In this document: in pieces, positions 52,234 through 64,000 of the stretch
Position numbering within the stretch: position 1 is the stretch's first letter
Layout of the letters: every line of letters begins with the position of its first letter
Assembly: GCF_009914755.1 (NCBI RefSeq)
Contig: NC_060936.1
Direction: 5' to 3' (one strand)
Source: the human T2T-CHM13v2.0 reference genome, Homo sapiens
Length of the DNA: 64,000 nucleotides
Position numbers and translations under genes: made by a program
Notes under the pieces: model-generated
Told to the model about the DNA's origin: nothing
What the model saw: the letters and a program-made list of their open reading frames with translations, nothing else
Database searches by the model: none

Positions 52234-53795
52234 TCAGGTTGGGACAGAAGTTGGAAAGTCAATGGAATGGTGCCTTGGTATGCATATGGTTATAAAAAAA
52301 AGACCTGAAGATATATGCATTTGGCAAAGAAATACAACAATAATTCCAGAAAACAAAAAGCAAAGCATTATTTGTTTATTTACACTTAACGTGTTACAAA
52401 AATAATTCCAGGTAGCTAATAAAAATGTGTAAAAGTCAGTAAATACGTTATCTTTTTAAGTGAAAAAATCTGGGCTAAGGAAAGAGCAGGGAAAATAAGA
52501 TGAAAGAAAAGTTAAATACACTACAGTTTATATCCTATGTATGTGCTAAAGGCGGGCCTTAACTTGGCTGTGAGCTGTCCATAAGTCAAAGTTACTGGGA
52601 AAATACTTTTTGTCACACAATTCACAAGAGCCTAGAGACAAGAGTAAAGTAGGTATTCACCTACTAACACCAGAGAGAGGCTCTCACATGCTCAGAGAGG
52701 GAACCCTTAATGAGCAAGCAACTTCTTCAAAAACATCCTCCCTGAAAAATCAATAATGAGTTTCATTAGGCTTATCCTTACATCTCTCAACAAGAGGCTA
52801 CCAAGGCAGAGCTCGATAAAGAATCAATTCAAGGGGCAGGGGAGAAGAGGAAAACGTGTCAAAGCTGTTCCCTAAGTGTACACACGCAGCAGTCTGCATA
52901 TATGCAGGGGGCGTATGGACTACCTCCTCAGCCTGAAGCCAAGTCACTCATGCTACATTAAGAAACCCTGATCTCACCAGAGACATGAATGGCCATCTTC
53001 TAAATATGCTTATCTCACCTGAACTTTTTATCAACATTGAACAGTATCAAATTTGAAAGTGTATATTTCAGAAGCAGGGCTACTCAAAATAGCCCAGTCG
53101 TGGTGAAAAATCATCACCACTTCTTCTAACTGTCAAATGAGCTGGGGGTTAAGACTTATGCCCAGTTAAAGAATTTAAGAACCCTAATGAAAACCTATGA
53201 CGGTAAGATTCTTTACTACAACAAAGAGTGGTAAGTCAATGGAATATCCATGAAGAATGCAAAAATTTTCTACAAAAAAAGCAATCTGAGGACGTATCCA
53301 AAGAACTAAATGAATAAGCAAGGTATCATTACTGCAACAGTTTTAGCTTTTAGCAGTTGTGACCAAATACCTGTCTCGATCAAAAAACACCACTGCTAGC
53401 AACAAAACAAATTATCTACAGAAAGTCTCTTTAATCCAAATTCTATTGACTCAAGCCCATCTGTTTTTAATGTATCTCTACTTTAAAATTAAGAGTAGTT
53501 AAATAAAGTCATTTAAAGGGCTAAGAACTGTCTTGTCAAACTGATGCCTTTAGTTTTGAAGCTGCTAACCAGAAAAAAGTTGTGGGAGCAATATGTTAAC
53601 AGGGCCGATTGTCTAACAAACTCTGAGTCCTGACAATAAAACTGTATCATCTGCATATAAGAAAAAAACTAATCTTTTTCTTCTCTACTGGAGGAGAATG
53701 GAGAATCAGGAAGAACTGATCTGTGAGGCCAGGAGATGAATCAACAAGATGCGCCATCATTCGATCCATTACTATTTTGCCTTTTTTATTACCTA

Positions 53796-53966
<171 letters not shown>

Positions 53967-54089
53967 TCAAGAGTTGAATACATTTCATTCACATAGTAAT
54001 GGTATCCTGCTGACATGTAGTTCAGAGCAACCAATGAATAAAACAACCTGTTTTATGTACTGGAAGCAGGATTCAAAATGTTTCCATTT

Positions 54090-54275
54090 GGCTGGGCGCA
54101 TGTGGTTCATACTTGTAATCCCAGCATTTTGGGAGGCTAAGGTGGGCGGATTGCTTGAGTCCAGGAGTTTGAGACCATCCTGGGCAACATGGCAAAACCC
54201 CATATATACAAATACAAAAATTAGCCGGGCATGGTGGCGCTTGCCTGTAGTCCCAGATACTTGGGAGGCTGAGGT
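54090..54275 (+). mobile_element. Alu, 3'-truncated with no tail
   Basis: Left arm, linker and start of right arm, ending abruptly at gggaggctgaggt. Confidence 0.9.
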
Positions 54276-54279
54276 GACT

Positions 54280-54610
54280 GCTTATCGGTAGCATATGAAT
54301 TCTGAGTCAGGAATGATGGTGATGCCAAACAATCCCAGATTATCCACATGGGTGGCTGAGATAGACACCCTTGCTTACTCAGGGTTCAATGTACACAAAC
54401 TTTGTTTCATGCACAAAATTGTTTTAAGACATTGTATAAAATTACCTTCAGGCTATGTGCACATGAAACATAAATGAACTTTGTGCTTAGACTTAAGTCC
54501 CATCCCCAAGATATCTCATTATGTATATGCAAATATTCCAAAATCTAAAAAAAAATCTGAAATCCCAAACACTTCCGGTCCCACGAACTTTGAGTAAGAT
54601 ACTCATCCTG
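54280..54610 (+). mobile_element. Tigger4-like 3' fragment
   Basis: Shares tataaaattaccttcagg..atgtg...aaatattccaaaatc with the element at 22932-23281; ends cctg plus TA. Confidence 0.8.
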
Positions 54611-56107
54611 TAAAATATTTACTAGCATTTAAGAGCAGCACTCCTAATGTGAAATAGAAAATAGAAGTATCGCCTACATATCACTGATAATTGGTAGCGA
54701 AAAGCAGATCGCTTTATTATACAATGAAATAACAATAAGGGGCAATATTTTTGGATTGCTGATTTTGCTACAGCAGATACTGCAAAGTGTTTCAACAGTG
54801 GCTCTACAGGGAGTTCTCCCACTCTCTGCCCTCCACTGCCCTCCTGGTTGTCTCATCTCCCTGTTCTGTACTGCTGAGAAAGGGACTATGATCTGTTAAG
54901 AGTTGTGGAGGTGTAAGGTTGATGGTGATTAAAAATCAAACATGATAAGTGAAAGGAAAAGAAAAAGAAAATGTTTACTTGGAAATAATCTAGGCATTGC
55001 AGATGGAAGTAAAAATATCTGTACCAATTATTCTAAAGGAAAGGACCATTTTAAAGTGACTAGAGATAACTTTTTAATTCTAGAATGTGACATGATTTTC
55101 CACTGCAATTATTTTAGAGCTCTCTACTACATCTTCAATGGACTATTCTAGAATCAATTCATTGGTCAATATTTAGTATGAAATTGCTAAAAGCTGGGTC
55201 CAAAGGACAGGTTTTAAATCTGTATAAAAACTTGGAACAGTAGTCACTTAAGAAACATTTCATTGGCTTCTAAATGAGGGAAGTTATTGGATTTTACTGA
55301 CATGCATGTCCATATTCATTCTGTTTCAGAGAATCAAGACTCATTTGTCTACTTTCATTAGTCAAGAAAGCAGACATCTACTCATATTAAAACAGAGATG
55401 AAACTGTGCTGATTATGTTTACATAAATCTTGATAAGTGGAATAGTACTTATTGACTCCTGTTTGTCATTACTGTTTAGGCAATTAAAATAATCAGCAGC
55501 AGTCTTTTCTAAAAATCAATTCTCTCCTTTTCCAAAAGTATGTTAAAGAAGAAAGGCAGGGAGACTGGAAAGGAAGGAAAGTTAGGTCAGGGAAGAAAAG
55601 AACATAATTTTCTCAAATCAACAAACAGGAGCACGGCAGATAATAAACACCCCTCCAACTGTCATCAGTCTAGTTCAAAAATGTATTGTTAATTACAACT
55701 AAGGCCTGTATACAATAGTAAATCAGCAAGGAAGGTTCTTTCCCTTCACAATAGGGACGCATTCATACATTGATATGCAAGGAAAAACCAAACCCACTGG
55801 TTGCTGTCCTGATACCCATGGTGAATCCCTGTGCCAGCTGTGCTACAAAATATTAGGTCAACACCATGCCAATCTGTACAGTATCAGGAACTTCAAAAAG
55901 TTCCTCGATAATGAAATCAAGTACAGTAAATGTCTTGATTTTAACATATTTATTTCAAATTTTATTCTATTAAATTCAAAAAGATGAAATACCAATGATG
56001 ACCTCTCAAGTTTGGTCACACAATAGTGCAATGTGATTGACATTTTCCAGGTAGCAATCAAGGAGATGGTTACTAAACTATGATCTAGACATAATCGAGA
56101 AAACTTA

Positions 56108-56299
<192 letters not shown>

Positions 56300-58619
56300 T
56301 TAGGATTTTCTGAAAAGGTTTCCTACTTCATAGACTGCTATCTTATTAACATAAATATGCATTTTAATTGTTGAAAGTCATATACATAGCTTTTTCCCTA
56401 TCCCCTGGCAATAACACTATCTATAATCATGAGTAAAATTTCTATCAGAATGGATTTTTTTCCCTGGAACTCTGTCTGTATGATTCTTTGTTTTTTCCCT
56501 AAATCAATTAATCAGATGAACACTCACACAACCATAAGGGCACACACATACATAGGCACTCCTAGTCCACATGTATTGGAAACAACTTAGAAGCAAGGGT
56601 ACATACATCACAATATTAAAGATGCAAACCTCCACTGATTGTTTTAGATTTTTAAATCTTAACACAGTCAATGAGTTTCAAGGCAAAAGGGAACAGTAGA
56701 GGGAGCTTTATACTCATGTAGCTAAATGGCTGTATATCAGCAGCACACAGTGCCCTGGGTAGGAAAAAGAAAGTAATGGCACAAAGCTTTTAACAAGGTC
56801 AAATTTCAAATTTGTGTGTGGTACTGTTTGTCCTTATGCCTGACACTATGTATTTAAAACTTAGTACTACGACACTGAAAGAGGTTGTCTTGACATTTTA
56901 TTTCAGAGGATTAAAAATTCACTGGTTTCTCTCTAGTAACTCCACTTAGTTTTTTCAAATACAGTGGTTATAAATATAATCTATTTCTTTCAACTATGTT
57001 CATTATGATTATTGATGATACTGGTTGTTGTTTACATTTTGAGTATTTTACTACTTCTATCTTATATAAGACAAATACTAAAGTCAATTTCCAGTATTAA
57101 ATTCTGATTGAATCACTTTCACCTATTTGACTTAGTAAGTATATATTATGGATTTTCTTCTCAATAGAACTATGATGCAAAACACCTTAACGAAAGTCAA
57201 GGTGAAAAAGAAAGAAGCAACTTTATAACACAAACTAAGTATTCTTATTATCAATGAAAGATGATGATGATACAAGCTGAATGGTCAGGCTTACGTCTAT
57301 TTAAAAAAAAGACCCAAATGCTTATATTCTAAGGAAATGAAGCGCTCTTCTTTCCGATAAAAGTATTACTATATTACAAATGAGATAAGAAATTTGAACT
57401 TTGCTACATTTTAAAAGTTCCCAACTTGGTTCATGATGCAAAAGAATTAATTTCAATTTTACAATTGCTTTTCAAACACCAATTATAAAACTAGGCAAAC
57501 TAAAGAAATAAACAGAAGTATGAAGTAGATAACATAGACCTTCTCTCCAAAACATCCTATGATATAGCTAAAGAGATCATATGCCCATGGTATCATAAAG
57601 AAACAATTTATGACCAAGAAAAGAAAAGAGTAGGGAGAAACAAGCCATAGAGACTTTTCTGACTAAAGCTAGGTTGAAGCTTTTCAGTGGCACTTAAATG
57701 ACTGAACTAAAATCTGAGTGGTATCTTAGATGGAATTAAACAAGACTTGTTACTCCAATCTGTTAAAATGCATGTTGAATGTTGTTACTTGCAATTACCT
57801 CTACATATCAAACAAAGAGGCAAGTGGATATACCAATCCAAATAAGGTATGAGTAATGTCACTAATACTATTCGGCCCTCCTAAGCCCTCTGCTAATCAA
57901 GGAGAACCTTGGTGTTTTTTAGACGGCAAAGTAGCCCATTCTGTCCTATATCTAGAAAAATATGGCATTCAACTACAGAATGTCAAGGCTGACCGGGATA
58001 CTCTCTGATACAGCATTAAGACTCCTAACCTGTAATTCAACATCCTATGATATGAAAATTTAGGCAAATTCATTTTACTACAAGGATATCGGCAGCTTTT
58101 GTTCAGTTGTGTGTGTTTGTTTTAAGGAATAAGGCGACATCAGGGGATTTATTTATCCAAGGCCTAACACAATAGCATACAGAGTTAAAGGGGAAGGAAT
58201 TTGAAGATCCATAGTTAATTAGTCCACACTGAAATCCCCCATCAAAAAAAACCTCTTGTTTCTGAATTATGACTATTAAGAGTTCTGAACTGACCAGAGG
58301 TCAAAGCCTCATTTACACAGCAGGCCTTCAATTTTAAGTTGAATACAAATTTCACTAAGTACAAGGCAAAACAAAAACAAACAGATAACAAGTGGATAAC
58401 TTAATGTAGTGCAATTGTTAAAAATCCAAATTGTGATGTGAAATTAAAAACTTCAAAATACTGATAATTCTAATTTTTATATTCATATATCTTCTCTATG
58501 ATGATTACTACAAAAGACTATGAAAGTTCTTTTTTAGTTTAATATAGTTGATTGATGATAAATCCTTTCACAAGGAATCATCCAAATTCTCTGCTCTACC
58601 AAATGAAAGCCGCAAGTAC

Positions 58620-58915
58620 TTTTTTATTTTTTTGAGATATGGTCTAGCTCCGTCGACCATGGTGGAGTGCACTGATGCTGTCTTGGCTCACGGCAACCTC
58701 CACCTCCTGGGCTCAAGCCATCTTCCCACCTCAGCCTCCCAAGTAGCTGGAACTACAGGCATTTGTCACCATGCATAGCTCATTTTTGTATTTTTTGTAG
58801 AAACAGGATTCCACCATGTTGCCCAGGATGGTCTGAAACTCCTGAGCTCAAGCGATCCACCTGCCATGACTTTCCAAAATGATGGGATTACAGGCATGAG
58901 CCATCATGCCTGGCC
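58620..58915 (-). mobile_element. AluJ
   Basis: Diverged dimer; TSD-like gtactttt. Confidence 0.9.
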
Positions 58916-60219
58916 TTGGATGTACTTTTCTTTTCTTCTTTTTTTTTTTTTAACCATCTCAGCAAATACATGGTTCTTAAAAACATACATGTCCATTTCT
59001 ATGTCTCCCACAAAACATCTGAGTAATTACCTCCAGACAATGTGTGCTAAACTTCGAGTTTTGAATATTGCTTTAAATTATTGCTACCACTTGTATATGA
59101 CTTTATTGTTTACCAAGCACTTGTATATATTACCTAGTATGTACAACAACACGGTAAAGTATGTATTTATCAGAAAAAATAACCAAGATTCAGAAAAACT
59201 ACGAGAATTAAATAAGGTCACTCACCTTGTAAACGATATAGCCAGGTTTTACAACGAGGTGCGCTCAATCACAAAGTATATGCTTTTCCCCAATATCTTC
59301 TTTAACTATAAACATTTATTTAATGCCCACTAATTGCCAAGAATTGTGCTAGAAACTTTCAAATTTTGTCTTACTCTGGTAATTTTCATGAGGATTACGT
59401 ATGTATCATGCTTGATAGTTTATTTTCAAAGTTTAGCAGCCAAGGCTTTATTTACTCTAATGTTCCTGCCAGCTTGGCCCACATTCAATGCTTATAAATA
59501 AATAATCTCATTTCGGCTCAAGTATGATGAGTATCCTTTCCATACTGACCACAGTTCTAATTAAAGTGAGGTCAACTACAACAATAACAAAGTTAATATA
59601 GGAACTATACTACTCAATAAAGAAGGCAAAAATGTTCCCCATTTAAACAATTTCTGAATTTTTCCATGAAGACAGGCAGTTCCAACTGTCAAAACTGTCC
59701 CATATAATTAATATTTATTATTAATGCAGACACTTTACTGACAGAGAAAAGTATTTATTCAGAGCTACTAAGCACTAGTCTAACTTTACATCTAACAGGG
59801 AAAAGAGTTGTTCAAGGCCTGTCCCTGGCTGACAATGGTCACCGGGGCAGAGGCTTCAGCTACTCTCTGATTTAGTATTCTTCAGTTGTTCAAAATTAAA
59901 AAAAAAAAAAACAAAAAAAAAACCCTACATTTTATCTATATGTGAACACATACACACATACAGGGGCAGATGTGTGTGCAAACTTTAACAGAATCTAAAC
60001 TATTTAATAACAATAAAGACTAATATGGACAGAGTTAAAATTCTGAAGTGTATGAATTCTGTTTGTTTATAGTTTTCCTTCTCCATTTTGTAATATCCTT
60101 ACGTTACTCTACTACCTCCATCTCTTCCAACAGGAATTTCTGTTTTCTCACCTGTTCCATGGCAGGTAGACTATACAATTGTCTGAGATCTCTTCTCCCC
60201 AGGACACTCCTGGATCCTA

Positions 60220-60477
<258 letters not shown>

Positions 60478-60758
60478 TTATGATTCCAATGGTGAAAATG
60501 AGATGCTCATGAAGTACTGCCAAAAGTGATAGGCTCCATTCTTTCATAAGTTAATAGCTGTTTAAACATGTGTTCCAACATGATGATAAGAGCATTTGGA
60601 ATACAAGGACCAAGGGTGCTTCAGGCAAGATAACTACTCAGTACATACCATTGTGTCAAGAGAATTTCTTTAAAAAGATGGGTATGGAGATTATTTCTGA
60701 AGAATCTAAATGATTATCTTTTTAAATTAAGGAAGAGGAAGAAGAATAAAGTTCTTCA

Positions 60759-60998
<240 letters not shown>

Positions 60999-61127
60999 CT
61001 AAACATTAGAGAAATAATTCCTACTTAAGTGCAACACTACATATGTGGTAATTTTAGGTTACAGTATCACTTAATGTGCATTGTTCTTTATTTCCTAACT
61101 CTATTTAAAGTATGATTTAAAAGAAAT

Positions 61128-61222
61128 TTTTTTAAAAATTATTTTTGTAGAGACTGGGTCTCACTATGTTGCTCAGGCTGGTCTTGAACTCCCAGGCTCA
61201 AGTGATGCTCCCGCCTTAGCCA
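61128..61222 (-). mobile_element. FLAM or Alu left-monomer fragment
   Basis: tttttgtagagactgggtctcactatgttgctcaggctggtcttgaactcc. Confidence 0.8.
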
Positions 61223-63364
61223 CAAAAGTATGATATTTTGAAGTTTCTTGTTTTAAAATTTCTTATTATTTATACACCTCTCACCTCCCACAATTTTTAA
61301 ACGAAATAAAATATGGATAGTACAATGTTATCAGACAGCTATGCTTTGAAGCATATACATATCTGTTTAATAATAGCCTGTACAATGTAAACACTGACTC
61401 TCTCAAAACAGAAGAAAATCATTCAACATGGAGACCGCAAATGCTGCCTAAAACTTGAACACTCTTGTGGTTCCTGAGACTCCCTAAACATCTGTGGTAA
61501 TCAAAGAATAACATATAAATGAAATTTCTAACAGTGGGAAAGTTTTAATGTACAAAAGCTTGAAGCATAATAGTTATCGTTTCTGTTTTGACTGTTTTAG
61601 AGGTCTGTTGATAAAACAACTCTAAGTAAAATTTGATTTAACTCAAAGTAAAGGACCCAAAGTCCTCTATCTTCTTTCAGTATTTGACCTTGATGGCATT
61701 TTCACTGAGTCAGACACAAAAATATAGTTAATATAGTACTGTGAATTACCCAGCCAGTTCATAGCCTTGAAGTGAGTACTTCAATCTTCCAAATAATACG
61801 TTTCTGAAGATAAAGGCCACTTTTTCTTAATTCTAATTTTTAACAAAAACTCAGCATGGTCATTAAACGGAATGTCTTTTTTTTAATTTTTTTAAAGAGC
61901 TAGATCATATGTCACATCAATCAAGAGAGAGACAGTTATAGACATCACATGTATCGTTGAGTCTTTCTGCTGTTCCTCAATGATCCAAATGGGATAAAAA
62001 TACTGACTCCAACTAACACAGTTAATCAAGGGTAATTTTTTTGCAATAATGCTTCCAGGAAATTCCCACATCAATTTGGATAATTATGATGAATATAATT
62101 ATCCATAAGGACAGCAACTGCCTTAGTATGGTCTTCCTCCACACCAATCATGGAAAATAAGCAGAATAATGCTCCACAAAAGTATTCTATGACTTCCATC
62201 AGTGACAAAAATCAGAAAAATTAAAAGTGGTCTATAGGGACCTGGTATTCCTAATATTATTGTTCCCAACATTGAAGATTAGAAATAAGTTCTCTTCCCT
62301 CATGACTACTTATTCCTCTGTTATTACCATAACTAAATGCTTTTATTCTGAGTGATAAAATGTTGGATGGAGTCAGATGGTCCTCAGCACTTTTACACTC
62401 AAGAAAACAGTATTTTAAAAATTCTGATAAGCCATAATTTGCAAATACTGTACAATTTGTACTGTACAGTTTAAGAATTGGGTTTTGAATTTTCTAGTAG
62501 TTTTATTATATTTGGGGCAAGAAACAGATGCTTTCATTGAATTAAATCAGAATAGTTTATAGAAAACAAAAAATAAATACAATGGAGGCTAAATGCTCAT
62601 GACAGGCTTTTACAGCAATTATAATATTTTAGTCAAGTCTGTTAAAATATCAGTGTTTTTTAAAATTATATTGTGTGATATGCTAAGACTATTTCAACCA
62701 GTCATCTCTAATAATGACATATTAGACTGAACCAAAAAAAGATTGTTTCCATACGGTTCAATCTAATATTATAACATTTAAAAGCTGTTACTCACAGAAA
62801 ATTCTGAATTCCAAAGACAAAACTAAGATTTGTAATGCTCAGATCAAAAGGACATGAAGTTATTTTGGTGATATATAGGTGGTAAAGCTGAGAATTAATG
62901 AAAATATGAATGTATCAATTACATTTAAATTACAGCTAAATACCTATTACCAATGGAGTTTAAAATTAAAACAAAGTTAGGAACATCGCTGAAGAAACTA
63001 TACACTGTATAATTCTAGAACTTTGATTCTGATAGAAATTTCAAATACTAAGTATTTGGTTTATCTTCTATAAACCATTACATTCCTAAAACCTTGTTAA
63101 TAAACACAACAATGAAAACCTTTAATTTGTGACTTTGGTCAATTACTCATTGAATTCTATTTTTCAAGTATTTATTGATTTTCTTTTGTTCTGAAGGAAA
63201 TTCTACATTTTATTCTTACAAAAGAATACACATAAGACCATCTTATATATGCGATAAGCTTCAGCGAAAAACTAACACACTATTACTACTTAATTATGAA
63301 ATGGTAGTCTTTTCTTCCTTCTTCAAAATCTGACCCTTATGCTTAGCTTTAAAATGTCCATTTA

Positions 63365-63625
<261 letters not shown>

Positions 63626-64000
63626 TCAACTTTATATTTTGGTAGGAAAGGGTGCTAGAAACAGGAACTACAGGTAAGATACAGCTCTACTTTATCAACC
63701 GTCCAGTAAGGCTGACTTCTAATTGTGGGCAAAAGAGAAACTTCTAATTCAGTATTGACAAACTAAGCCATCAGATAAATCTGGAAATACGAATATACTG
63801 CATTGAGAACTTTTGTAAGTTACTGTACAAAATGTTTCCAGTTTCATTTGCATAAAATCTAACTCTTATGCCAACTATAAACACCTAAGAACAGAGAAGG
63901 AATTGGAATAGTTTTCTATTGTCTCAGTGTCTAGCACAAGACAAGCACTCAAAACGTGTTAAGTCAAATAAATGAATAAACACTTAAAAGACTTATTTTT

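Noticed and set aside
52899-52916. Partial CTCF motif tgcagggggcg
   Set aside because: Lacks the 5' CCA half of the core.
58866-59333. 155-aa plus-strand ORF
   Set aside because: Starts in an Alu and runs through MIR-like AT-rich sequence; no recognisable protein features.

Overview
Primate (human-like) genomic DNA containing the 3' part of MED13L (Mediator kinase-module subunit 13-like) on the minus strand. I traced 27 coding exons from 63602 down to the TAA stop at 2258-2260. All have canonical GT-AG boundaries and consistent phases, and together they give 6154 coding nt in one open frame ending ...[10 protein letters not shown]. Exon numbers (5-31) and residue numbers rely on my recall of the 2210-aa reference; exons 1-4 lie beyond the right edge and the 3' UTR runs off the left edge. 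The introns hold about 20 Alu copies or fragments, hAT and Tigger DNA transposon relics with intact TSDs, and L1, L2 and MIR remnants; repeat boundaries and subfamily names were judged by eye. I found no new multi-gene system, CRISPR array or RNA gene. The best leads are post-transcriptional: a candidate in-frame 27/45-nt cassette exon in intron 8, a candidate poison or terminal exon in intron 9, latent donors at the starts of exons 6 and 8, tandem acceptors, clustered miRNA sites, inverted and direct Alu pairs around exons 15-16, and a CTCF-like site next to a recent 24-bp duplication.
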